Of a stretch of 64,000 nt of DNA, positions 29,154-42,090 are shown one piece after another. The position numbers and the translations under genes were made by a program. The notes beneath the pieces are model-generated. The model ran no database searches. It worked only from the letters and a program-made list of their open reading frames with translations, and was not told the origin of the DNA. The stretch covers positions 240,250,001 to 240,314,000 of the forward strand of contig OZ024740.1 in assembly GCA_964016885.1 (NCBI GenBank), given 5' to 3'. Each line of letters starts with the position of its first letter. The first letter of the stretch is position 1. The DNA is from Eledone cirrhosa (lineage: Eukaryota).

Positions 29154-29989
29154 CATAAATACATACATACATACGTACATACGTACATACATACATACAC
29201 ACATACACACATACACACATACACACATACACACATACACACATACATACATACATACATACATACATACATACGTACATACATACATACGTACATACGT
29301 ACATACATACATACATACATACATACATACATACATACGTACATACGTACATACATACATACATACATACATACATACATACATAAATACATACGTACAT
29401 ACGTACATACATACATACATACATACACACATACACACATACATACATACATACATACATACATACATACATACATACATACATACATACATACATACAT
29501 ACATACGTATGTATGTGTGTGTACGTGTAGAGAAAGGGTAATGGCACGAGAATAAAGAGAGGGGGTGAGAGAGAGAGAGATAGAGTAAGACAAATAAAGA
29601 GAAAGGCAGACAGACTACCAGACAGACAGAGAGTTACTTTTGGAAATGCTTCAATTTCTAATCCGAAATATAGAGAAAACGCGAACAAAGGCACGAAGAC
29701 TTTATCATTCAATATAATCTAGTTTTGCTATTAATAGTTTAATATTTCGATTAGCTTCAGTTATTTTGAGCAAATCTTTCAAAGTCTCTTTTTATTATTG
29801 ACATATTTCTCTACAACTTTTATTCAGCACGAAATCTTTTCCTTTGAGATATTCATAAGATTGTGGGGGGTGTTTTATGGGCTTTACAGGTGGATATTCT
29901 TAATGGTGATATCAAAGCTGATGTTATTTATATTAGGCTGTAAGCAACTGAATTAAGATGGTGTAAAAGAGTGGCGTAAGACAGATGAA

Positions 29990-30215
29990 ATAATGATTTC
30001 TAGTATAGGCACAAGGCCAGTTATGTAAGGGGGGAGGGGAAAGTCGATTAAATCGACCCCAGTGCGTTACTGGTGCTTTATTTTATCGACCCCGTAAGGA
30101 TGAAAGGCAAAGTTAACCTCGGCGGGATTTGAACTCAGATCATAAAGGGCCGTAATTCTATGCTGCAAAGCATGGCGTCCGACTCTCTACCGATACTGCC
30201 AATCCACCGCCCTTT
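29990..30215 (-). mobile_element. SINE copy
   Basis: Full-length reverse-complement dominant SINE. Confidence 0.9.
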
Positions 30216-30420
30216 AAAAGACAGATGAAATAGTGAAAAAGGAAACGTCTTGAACTAGTTGAACTATCTACAGTTACACACACACACACACACTCACACA
30301 CACACACACACACACACATACACACACACACTCACACACACACACACACACACACACTCTCTCACACACACACACACTCTCACACACACACACACTCACA
30401 CACACACACTCACACACACA

Positions 30421-30501
<81 letters not shown>

Positions 30502-30964
30502 GGGTGGGCGGAAAGGGAGGACTGAGTTTGAGAGTGTATATATGAAAATTGACGTATAAAATTTCCAATTTCCTGAAAAAAAGAAAAGAATGCCGAATTT
30601 TTGTGTATGACTGTTCTTCATACTTTGTAGGTGTTGCTTTACATTATTCACTGGCAGCGTAAGTAGCAGGATTACCAGATAAACATACACTACAATGTCC
30701 TTACAGAACACAAAGACTTTTGCATTCATCAAATTATTCTTCAAATACGAGATACTTGAGTATATGTAATTAAATACGTCTGTATACATATATGTATGTA
30801 CGTATACATACGTATATTTAAGTAACAGCCGTACTAAGAGTGAGAAATGAAATTTCGTTTCATTTTTTCCATTTCTATATATATATAGAGAGAGATAGAT
30901 AGATAGATAGAGAGAGAGTTAGATGCATATATACATACATGTATATATGCATGTATGTATATAC

Positions 30965-31041
<77 letters not shown>

Positions 31042-31302
31042 TGTGTGTGCGTGTATGTGTGTATGCATATAAACATAAACATAAAATTTGGAAATAATTG
31101 TGTTACGTATTCTCATAAAACATCACTTAAATGTTTTTTATTTCATGTTTTATTTCAATAATGTATACATCATTCCTCAATTATTTTGCTAGTAAAAGAC
31201 TCAGATTTCATTACATAACCAGGATTTTGAAACACTTTGTTATAAAACGTTTGATGAGTAACACCTTTAATTCATGATAGCTTTTCTTCTTTAGGGAGTA
31301 TA

Positions 31303-32590
31303 CAGTGTGACTAAAAAACTGGCACCATTTTTATTTTTGTCTACATTATTTAGCTTTTTACTCATGAAACTCCAAATACATTTAGTCCAAACCATTAAAT
31401 ACAACATATCAACAATTCATTATCTTTTAATGCTTCTGTCCAGAGTTACAGCACATGTTTAAAGTGATCACCATTTGAATCCATACATTTTTTTTAGGTG
31501 TATAGTGAAGTTTAACATAACGTATTTACAAACGGACCTAGGGAAGGCTCTGATTTCCCCCTCATGTTTTACTTTGAGTTCTGAGTTTGTTGACATATAC
31601 TCTATCCAAAGAAAGAAATATGGCGGGGGGGGGGGTCTTAAATCAGAATTGTCTAGGGCCCACTCAAAATCTGTCTTCAAACTAATCACACAATTTTCAA
31701 AGTTATTTTTCAGTCATTCTAACAACTGATTGTGAAGGCTTGTCCCGTTTTGCTAGGACCAGACCTTATTCATTAGAGATGATTATATGGTATATAGCTC
31801 TTTTTTTAAGTCTTCCAGGGCCTCTATATAGCATTTTATTGTGACTGTAGCAGTGACACCATTTTTTTCGAAGAAGTATAGACCAATCAGATTTTCCCAA
31901 AAATGGCAGCCTTGACGGTACATTTAGCCGAGTGGAGATGTTTCACAGCCATTTCAGTGGATTTCTCTGACTCCCGGAACATATTGTTCTTAAATTTGAT
32001 CTTCTTCCCTATGCGAAAATGGGTTTCATCAGAGGTCCACAACAGATTAAGATTTTTTTTACATTGTTTTCCATCTTCTCCAGCATTTTCTCGGCTATAA
32101 CCTTTATCTTGATTTTATCAGCTGTAGTAAGCTTTTGTTTAGTCTGTATTCTGTAACGGTTCTTCTTAAGATCCTCTTTGACAACCCTTCTACGAGTTTC
32201 TGTGGAGAGACCCAATGATTTGCTTCATCTGCGCAACGATCGTTTTGAGTTCTGATTAACAAACTCTTGGACCATGTCAATAACTTCCTGTACATGCTTT
32301 CTGGCTCGTCCAGAGCGTGTAGAACGGTCCTCAAACATTGTAATGAGGTTCTCTACTGTCCCACAGGTCTCAAACCTCTTCACCCAGTCTTGTATACTGG
32401 CTTTAAATGGCGATTTGTCTGTTCTAAAAAACTCATGAAATTGCTCTTGGACATGCTTGTACGAACCACACTTATAGTTATATCTCAGAAGTTGTATCTA
32501 CCATGTCCTCATATTTAAGGTTGATCGGTTAGAAAATGAATATACAATGACCCAAAACGTGCGTGGTGCCATTTCTTTTTAGTCGCCCTG
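31303..32590 (-). mobile_element. Tc1/mariner DNA transposon relic (~1.29 kb)
   Basis: TIRs CAGTGTGACTAAAAAACTGGCACCA / TGGTGCCATTTCTTTTTAGTCGCCCTG with TA on both sides. Minus-strand transposase remnants SDETHF and NSDLRP..YFFLW. Confidence 0.85.
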
Positions 32591-32675
32591 TATAATTACG
32601 TAGTATTCCTTTCTGTTCTGCACATTAAAGCTAGAGTCTTTACTGCAAATAATGTTAAATGTCAAATGTTTAGAG

Positions 32676-32965
32676 CAGTCATGGGCAACCTGTGGTCCGC
32701 GAAACTTTCTGAATGGCTCACCTAAGTCACCTAAATGAAATCTTTCTGATTTTTTTACCCCAACTTTTCAGTCATAATTTATCTTTCTATCATTTTTACG
32801 ATCGAGAAAAACAACGTGTACGAATTCTGAAGAAACAAATCAAAACAACCTGAGTTACCGCCCTTTTTTTAATGTGAGCACAAATGTAAATTAGCGCTTG
32901 CGGCCCGCCTGATGATGAGCCATATCTCATGCGGTCCGCTTCTCAAAATGGGTTACCCATGCCTG
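32676..32965. mobile_element. hAT (Charlie-like) MITE
   Basis: TIRs CAGTCATGGGCAAC / GTTACCCATGCCTG; 8-bp TSD GTTTAGAG/GTTTATAG. Confidence 0.8.
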
Positions 32966-33899
32966 GTTTATAGTAATATTGAGCCTTCTTATCATTACTG
33001 TAAAAATGACGAAGTAGGTTTTAGTATAGAATAAATTATGCAAACATATGCGTAAAAGCGTAAGTGGCATTAGCTTATGTAGAAAGATTTGATAGAGCTA
33101 AGCTAATAGTAGAAGCAAGAGTAGTTAGGTGATAGAAAGAATGGAAATGAAAACAAAATTGTCAATTAGGAGTCTAAGTTCTATTAGACAGGGGATATCT
33201 CTGTCTATCTATTTAATCCATCTCTTTAATTAAAACAGAATGTATAAATCATGGACTATTTTTAATTTGAGTTGATGATATCGGATGATATGGACACTAT
33301 TGTGTGAGTACCGCAATACTTACTCGGAGGAGCCACTTATTCAAGTTTTCCTCTATATCAAAATAATTAAGAAAGATTTCATTATGAATAGAGCGCTTCA
33401 AATGATTTCTACAAGTCACTAACGATTTGCAATTCAAAATGGATTTCCTGCGGTCTCAATACATTATAAAAGGAATATAATAATTGCAATTATATAATAT
33501 GCATGGAATTTCAAAGACGAACTTTAAGATGTCAATTTAAAAGTTGTAGAAGAGAAGTTTTCCTTAATAGAATCGATAATGTTAGTTCAATGTATGTTTT
33601 GATTTCTGCGTTCTATAGGTTAAAAATCAAAATATATGGTATAACTATATTTTTAGTTTTTTAGTTTTTGTTTCTTAGAGTTTCTGAATTACATCAATGA
33701 TTGTATACAGATAGCAAAGCAAATTAATACCCAGAATCTTAGAGAAAAACCAAGAAAAACAAAAAAGAGCTGCCCTATGTATTTCGAATTTTAACCAAAA
33801 AAGCGCCGGAATCTATAAACACATCTAACTAAACTTACAGATTCTACTACAGGATAAAAAATGAGAAACATATTGCTGAAATATCTGATCATAAAATGT

Positions 33900-34620
33900 A
33901 AAATATAAGCAAAATCACAAAAAAAAGATAATGACTAATGTAAAATTGCATAAAATAACTAAGATCCTCAAGTTAGTAAAGGCAACCAACCAAACTACAG
34001 TGTATGAAGCTACCTATTAGAGAACTCCGAGTTTCACTTCAAAGAAAGAAGGACCTATCTTCAAAATTAAAAGCAACTTTTCGTGTCAGTCATATAATCT
34101 GATATATATTATAACATGTCCAAGTCGCCATGAACACTATATTGGTCAAACGAGCATTATATTCCATCAAAGGATGACAGTACACCGCCAACAAATTAGA
34201 AAATCATACACCAGAAAAATGCTCCTGGGTCAAGATATACGAGTTGCGGAGAAAACTTGCCAAATTTCGAGGTTTTCGCATTCTATAATTCGGCAACGGA
34301 ACATCAACGTAACAGTAAAGAAATATATTTTATAACTAAATCAGACCAAAATTCGTTGTAACATGCGAAACTCAATCCCGTTCTTATTGAAACCTGATTT
34401 GCCTCCCTTATCATGACGCATAAGTGACAGATTGGCAGCAAGGATACAACTATTTTCGATCTTTGTCTTAAAGAGATGTAACTAGCACAAAATGACGTGT
34501 TAAAAATACACAACACCTGCACAAATGAAACTGTGGAAAACAAACTATAACTGAAACCGGTCCGTACAAAACCAAATGAGCTAACGATGATTGTTTCTAC
34601 AAATCCCCTTCTTTTAACGA
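33900..34620 (+). mobile_element. Penelope-like element GIY-YIG endonuclease relic
   Basis: ~34060-34200 translates to FKIKSNFSCQSYNLIYIITCPSRHEHYIGQT...RMTVHRQQI. A decayed inverted repeat lies just upstream (~33570-33850). Confidence 0.8.
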
Positions 34621-34771
34621 TTTCTATAATTTATTTTGTATGAAATATTTTATTTTCATTGTTTAATGTAAATTTGCACGTATATATGAAAAAAGAAATT
34701 AGATGCATCTTCAACTTATTACTTTTCATATATATATATATATGCATATATATATATATATATGTATATGT

Positions 34772-34805
<34 letters not shown>

Positions 34806-35835
34806 TATTAGCAGCGTAGTCACCATGTTATATGTTTATATTTTAATAAATGTATTAAATATACATTTTCATTTTTAGCTGTTGTGGTCATTTGTTTTTT
34901 TATATATATCGTTTCCATTCATTTTGAAATGGATATGATAAGAATATGTTTTTAATATATATGGTTTTAAATGTATAATTTTCACTCATATTAGGAAGGT
35001 GAACGAACGCGTGTTTTACCGTTTTCAATGTGTATCATGAAAAATTTATCTTATACTTTTCAAAAGCAATTGTATGCAAAAAAAAATGCAAAGCTTTTGA
35101 GTTTTTGTTTTACTTTAAGCTTTCACTTTTCTTAAATTCACTTTGTAAACAAGAAGTTGATTCAGATTCACTTTAGATAAAATTGGATACATAAATATAA
35201 CTAAACTAATATTTTTGTGCATGATTTAAATGATTCTTTTTTACTTTGAAAATTTGCAATTTACATTGTAAGCTTTATGGTTAAAGGGATGCGCATATGT
35301 GATATGGTACAATAAAATAATATATAAACTCATATATGATAACATGCATGTAATATAGGCATTTTAGTGTTAGCATCGTTAGATTGGAAATACAGGATTG
35401 CAGATTGCCATAGGTCGGATAAAGATGCATTGCTGACCGAATCTAGCTTGCAGGTTTTACTTTGGATAGCTCTTTATCACATAGATTATTTGAACGACGC
35501 ACAGTAGAACTTAAAACACCTTTTAGTCTTATACTGAAGAAGAACCAATCAATAACATCTGTGAGAATGGATTTATAAACTTTGTTTAGTGGAAGCCGTT
35601 AATCCGTAGCTACAAACGTCTGACTTGCTAAAAAGGATTATGTACACACACACACACCCCACAACCCCACAGCCCACACACACACATATATATATATATA
35701 TATGTGTATGTGTACATATATATATACACACATATATATATACATATATATATGTGTGTGTGTGTGGATGTATGTAAGTATGTATGTATGCATGTATATA
35801 TGTGTTTGTGTATATATGTTTATATATATATATAT

Positions 35836-35918
<83 letters not shown>

Positions 35919-35930
35919 ATATATATATAT

Positions 35931-36184
35931 GGTAAATTTCTTTAAGTCGTTTGGAAGCCTCGACAATGCAAATGGGTAAATCTCCGGGTAACAAGATCCG
36001 GTGGTGGAGAGAGAGATGTAAGTGGGTGTACGTTGAGATGCGTGGCGTGTATAAGACGTCTTATACACGCCACGCATCTCAACGTACACCCACTTACATC
36101 TCTCTCTCCACCACCGGATCTTGTTACCCGGAGATTTACCCATTTGCATTGTCGAGGCTTCCAAACGACTTAAAGAAATTTACC
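35931..36184. repeat. Perfect 254-bp palindrome (127-bp arms, no spacer) between (TA)n tracts
   Basis: Centre AAGAC|GTCTT at 36057/36058; the same ORF appears on both strands. ~41-bp one-sided tail to 36225. Diverged single-arm relic at ~14620-14730. Confidence 0.95.
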
Positions 36185-36223
36185 TTATTATTCCACAATG
36201 CTTCAAGCAAACTTCAATACTCT

Positions 36224-36294
<71 letters not shown>

Positions 36295-36669
36295 TGCTTC
36301 TGCTAAGAATACTGATGGAAATATTCAAGAAAAGGAATAAGCAGAGATATTATTAGGTTATGATATAGATTGTGACAAGTTGAATAGTTAATCGTATTGA
36401 TACCAACAAGATTCTGCTTTCCAGTCGTCATTGCATGTTTTGTTTCAGAAGAAGTATATTTAGGAATCCATCATGCGATGTGACTTGCCGTTTTTTTTAA
36501 AACAACAGGTATTATTTTATAGTGATTTGATTGCTATTTCTAGCTGGTGAGTGACCACATATAAACTTCCATGTTAATTTATCACCAAAGATGTTGCTCG
36601 ACCTGTGATGTTACTCTTAGTCAAATTGTATTGATAACTACAGATTTAGAGATCGAATTAGAAACGAAT

Positions 36670-36840
36670 TTCGAAAGTCGTTTAAATCAACCCCAGTGCA
36701 TTACTGGTGCTTTATTTTATCGATCCCGTAAGGATGAAAGGCAAAGCTAACCTTGCAGGGTCGATAAAATAAAGTACCAGCAATGCACTGGGGTCGATTT
36801 GTTCGATTTCCCCTCCCCTAAAATTGTTGGCCTTGTGCCT
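36670..36840. mobile_element. Two SINE 3' halves in inverted orientation
   Basis: Minus-strand core directly followed by a plus-strand core. Confidence 0.7.
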
Positions 36841-37133
36841 GATGTGTCATCAGATCAACTAACGACCCCTGGTAACTTATTGACAGGCAATATTTACTTG
36901 TGGAATATTATTTCTTCTACTTTTACAAGATATCATCTCGTCGACTAAGGACAAATCTAGGAGAGTGAGGGAGAAAAGAGAATAAACAACCCCGGAATAT
37001 GGTTGGTACTATAATTATTGATCATGAAAGTATGAGTGGCAACGTTGATCTAGGTGGCACTGAAGCTGTTGTTGCTGTAAACATTTATATATATAATAGA
37101 TTAGATGTTGTCTTCCTGTTTCTTCTACAACAA

Positions 37134-37665
37134 CTACAACGGTACGCGATGGGGCCCACCCACAGCCCCGGCGGACAGAATGGAGAAGGCGTTTCCCCGG
37201 AGGACGGCGAGGGAGACGCGCTGGAAGAGCCACTCCAAGTCGCGGGACTCACACCTGTGGCTGGCCAGATCAGCGCCTATGGTGGTGAGTAAGGAAGTAG
37301 CCCTGTGGCCGAGGACACCAGAAGTCTCCACTGCCAGGGGTACGACCGCAAACTTGTTGGAGAGCGACCGGTATTTGAGGAGTTTGGCCCCTTCAGCCCA
37401 ACGTGCAGCAGAACCTGGATCAGTTGCAGACTGCACCAGGTTGCGGCTGCAGAAAGTGTCGGTGCAAGTGGCATCCCAGACGAGGGGTTTGCCACCGCGG
37501 AACGGGAAGATGGTCATGCCATCTGGCCTTTTGCCGTCCCCTCGATCCAGCCCCACCGGCTAGAGCTGGGAAGGGAAGCCTGCAGCGTCCAAGACATGCT
37601 TAATGACCTCGTTGAGGGTAGCATGGTATGGAATGCAGCCGGCACTGTGGCGACGAACACAAGGT
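37134..37665 (-). mobile_element. CRE-like non-LTR retrotransposon 3' fragment (RLE domain)
   Basis: RGDGKRPDGMTIFPF..LVWDATC.DT...KY..L..VPLAVETSG..FQRVSLAVLRGNA; GC-rich island. Confidence 0.85.
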
Positions 37666-39485
37666 GCATAGAGACTGATAAAATACTTCAAGACGGTCTA
37701 ATAAATCTGCTAGTTTGCTGTTTTATAATACTATATATTCGTAAAGAATTTTAAATATAGAAAACGAAAAGGAAAAGTTTATAGAAATAGGGGAAATGTT
37801 GTTTTATAACACAGTACAAGACGATTGCTCATATCCTTCCCATACTTAAACTTGAGCATAATGGTTAAGTTATGTTCCAAGGGTAAATATTCCATTACAA
37901 CCTTCTCTGTTTGAGCAGAAAACACAAAAGAATATAATTCCAAATTAATGTAATTGTAAGGAATGGATGGACAAGATACAAAGGTATGTATTCTTGAATA
38001 TAATCGACTGCCGGTAAACAGATTGAACGAAGAACGCGTGGTGTGATAGCATTGAATAGGAGTGTTTGGAATTTAGGCGATAACGAAGATGCTTAATGTA
38101 GAGAAGAAAAGCGTTGAAGAGATAACGGAACTCTGAGATACAGCCAAAGGATAAAGAGTAGGTTGTAATAAACATCAACAAACATTCTGCCAAGAAGCCT
38201 CATATACGTCTTATTAAAAATTGATAAATCCCAGAGGTGGGCAGCTTTTTAAAACATTTCTTATACAAGGCATGGTCTAAAATTTCGTTGTTTTTCAAGG
38301 GAAACAATTTTTCCTTTATTGGAGAGTTCAAAGGCAAGACACCATTGGTGTGTGACGTAAGGCAAAAAGTTCCAGTAGATATAGATTTGTGAAAACTATA
38401 ATAGTGATGACATAGAAGGACAAAATTGTGATGGGGGGAAATGAGGCAATTATGTATAGTATAATTTATTAAGGATGGCAGATGAAATACAAAGTAATTT
38501 CTCAGATTAAAAATTCAAAGTTCAAAACGAAATAGTCTAAACTAGTTTTTCTTAACAAATATTTTATTTACTTTGGGATTAACATAGCACTGTTTGGAAA
38601 ATATGTGCTAACTTTGAACTTCTCTATGTGCAATGCTCTAATATGTACGGTAAAAGCCATATATTAAAAAGAAAAGTATTATAGAATTTTATGTGTGATA
38701 GAGAGCAATTAAATAGATATTCGAATAAAATAAAGCTAACCTGGATTTCATGATGTGTATTTAATAAACTAAAAAGAAAATCCTACCTATGATATCTAAA
38801 CAAATACATAATGATTTCGAAGGAAATAAAAGCTTTTTTGAAGAGAACAAAGATTTATCAGGATTTTTGAATGGATTCATCCGGCTACATTCTATAAAAA
38901 AAATCAAATATAAAAGAATATAAAAAAATCAAAACCAGAGCTGATAGAAAAGCAAAAAAAAAAACACAGTAGAATCGTAAAACCAATTAAAGATTAACCA
39001 CAAAATAATGGCATATGTAAAATTACTTAAATCAAGACTGAGCAACAGCGATCTTCCAACCTCTCTTCAAGCGAATAAGCATCCCCACCACGACCTCTTA
39101 AAAAGAGGCTTCTTTTTATGTGTTTTACAAGTACTCACTTGCAAATACTTCAAAAATATGATCAAACAACTTGAGATAAAGCCAATGTAGTTCATTGAAA
39201 GAGTATTGGAGGCATTTGTAGTAATACCAAAAGTACTGAGAATTGCAATCTGCTTACAACAATTTTTCAAAATTCTCATTATCGTTCGACTGCAGTAGCA
39301 GACAGTCAAACCCATGACAGCTTTCATAATCATCATCGATCGGTCAACTCTGATTGCCGAAGGGATGTTACTCCTTAGGCGGAATGTGCACACAAGATAA
39401 AGATTGTCCAGTTACATGTTGCAAAAAAGTAGCAGAGAAAGACCTTTAAGTTATTGTAATTATGAAAAGGAACATTATGAAAATA

Positions 39486-39675
39486 AATAATTGTTTCTAC
39501 TTTTGGCACAAGGCCAGCAATTATCCAGTGTATTACTGGTACTTTATTTTATCGACCTCGTAAGGATGAAAGGCAAAGTTAACCTCGGCGGGATTTGAAC
39601 TCAGAATGGCAAGGGCCGTAACTCTACGCGTCAAAGCATGGCGTCCGACACTCTACCGATACTCCAATCCATCGC
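39486..39675 (-). mobile_element. SINE copy
   Basis: Reverse-complement dominant SINE. Confidence 0.9.
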
Positions 39676-40259
39676 AACTAAATAATGAAGCCTTATTCAT
39701 ACACCAACCAATGGACAAGACAAAATTGTGAAAAATATTTAGAAACACCGCAATAAACCTTACAAAGTACATATTCGATACATCGCCTAGTAAATACAAA
39801 TATATAAAGCACACAAAATATAAGATAACATGAAGGACCATAAAGAGGAAATATAACATAAGATGTATTAACGGGAAGCAAAGTATAACGGTATTTTTAA
39901 ACGAATGAAAATGAAACGAAAAAAAAGCTGAAATAGATCAGGAAAAATAGAGAGCAAAAGGAGATTTCAAGAGTATTTGAAAAATGAACATACAGGAGAC
40001 AATTCTGTATGATTCTATAAATCTTCTAGGATATAGACATAGAAATACATGTAATGTGGGTATTGATAATGCCAACAAATGTTTGTAATATAATCTATCT
40101 GTATCTAATTGTATACAACACGATCACGAAATTTTACAAACTATATGTCTTGTTACAACTATATAATATATTAAACTAACCCGTTAATAATACTGTATCA
40201 CTTTTTACAAGCTGCACATAGCAAATCAGATTAAATCATGTAATGTTACAAATAATACT

Positions 40260-40410
40260 AATAATTGTTTCTACTTTAGGCACAAGTCCAGCAATTACCC
40301 AGTGCATTACTGGTACTTTATTTTATCGACCCCGTAAGGATGAAAGGCAAAGTCAACCTCGGCGGGATTTGAACTCAGATCGTAAAGGGACGTAACTATG
40401 CTGGAAAGCA
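40260..40410 (-). mobile_element. 5'-truncated SINE copy
   Basis: Reverse-complement SINE core; TAATACTAATAAT is duplicated on both sides (TSD-like). Confidence 0.85.
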
Positions 40411-40936
40411 TAATACTAATAATAGTAAATAATAAGTATTCCTACTGCTGCTTTTATTGTTACTCTCTGACTACAAAAATCCAAGTCTATAATGGCACAA
40501 GTAGTCTCTGGAATTGATCAAGCATATCAGACTCAATAATACTGTTACAAGTTTTTACACTCAATATAATGTATGGCTCCTAGAAATGCCATTTGCTTGT
40601 TTACAATTTGCTTGTTTTCTTTTTATTATCTTCGGACATGTAATATCGATCAGTATACATGAGTATATATTTTATAATTATTTCTGATCTAATGTCCAAC
40701 ATTTCCTTATAATTATAAAGAATTCAAAAGCAAGGCCATCCGACTCACTGGCAACAACACTCTCAACACCACCCTACGACATCTGACTCACAGACGTGCT
40801 GTCTCCTCCAAACTAATAAGTTACATACAGCTTTCACCCAAATCTATCTGATACACCCATCTTTTCGCATCTCATCGGTTTTGGTGCGTCTCAGCTATTA
40901 TCCATCACGATCCTAGTCCCGTGCAAAATACTATAC

Positions 40937-41254
40937 CAGGGCCGTGCAAGAGGCGACTCGCGGGCCACAATCCGGTCCGCCAAACCAGTCACAAGGCCCG
41001 CGATGACCGTTTTTTAATTTTTAACTTGTATACTTATTTAGAATTATTTCGTAACCGTAATACAATTTTCTGTTAGTTGACCTATACTAAAAGGCTTCAC
41101 TGATAGGGTTATGTGTGTTATGGTTTCCCAGTTCCATGTTATGGAAAGAAGTTGTGGTGAATCTTTGGAATAGTGCTTAATAAATATTAATGACCCTACT
41201 AGTTGTTCCAATATTCAAAAGTGGCCCGCCAATGGAATATGTTGTACACCCCTG
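40937..41254. mobile_element. hAT-type MITE (decayed)
   Basis: Ends CAGGGCCGTGCAA / TTGTACACCCCTG with subterminal GGCCCGC motifs. Confidence 0.6.
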
Positions 41255-41904
41255 CACTACCCACGTTTTCCTTCCCCCGGGTGTCACGGAGAATTATTGA
41301 CTCATTAGAGCGTGGGACAAAATGGCTTCAGATATTTGTTCCTACTCTTTGATTTTGGTTCAAAGCCTGCCTAGATCAACTTTACTTTTCATCCTTTCGG
41401 GGTCAATAAAATAAAGTATGGAGCAAGATTCCGGCTTTTTGCGTTCTGAGGTTTTAGGTGATAATCCGGTGATTGATTTAACACCACTTGGTCTTCTGGT
41501 GCCTTTATCGGAGTTCAGTCCGATGTACGTATACCAACCTGATTTGAAAATAACTTTCTCACTGGCCCTATCAGTTTCTTATTTTCTGTTCCTTTGCTTT
41601 TTTTATTTATGTCTCTTGTTTTTATCTCTTGATTAAAAGCGAGCGATGTTAGATAACTATTCATGGTCAGTTATAGCTCACCACGAACGTTTAAATTAAT
41701 TAAATAAATGAATAATGACTAAGCATGTAGGACATTATCTGCATCAATCTTATCTCTAACACTATTATCACCGTTATCATCATCATCAGTAGCAGTGGCA
41801 GCATAACCATCAACTTTATCGTCATCATTTTCACAATTGTGTCTCTATCAATTCATATTATTGAAAACCATTAGATTAACATAAATGATATAGACAAAAT
41901 TCTC

Positions 41905-42090
41905 AGTGGATTGGCAGTATCAGTAGAGGGTCGGACGCCATGCTTTCCAGCATAGTTACGTCCCTTTACGATCTGAGTTCAAATTCCGCCGAGGTTGACT
42001 TTGCCTTTCATCCTTACGGGGTCGATAAAATAAAGTACCAGTAATGCACTGGGTAATTGGTGGCCTTGTGCCTAAAGTAGAAACAATTAT
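41905..42090 (+). mobile_element. SINE copy
   Basis: Dominant SINE consensus. Confidence 0.9.

Noticed and set aside
32015-32035. CTGATGAAAC on the minus strand resembling a hammerhead box
   Set aside because: It is the SDETHF codon stretch of the mariner transposase relic; there is no stem II/GAAA arrangement.
35520-35635. CTGAAGA...CAAACGTC hammerhead-like traces
   Set aside because: The GAAA box is absent and the stems are unconvincing.
35907-36340. Identical ORF on both strands ([10 protein letters not shown]...)
   Set aside because: A consequence of the perfect palindrome; no protein features.
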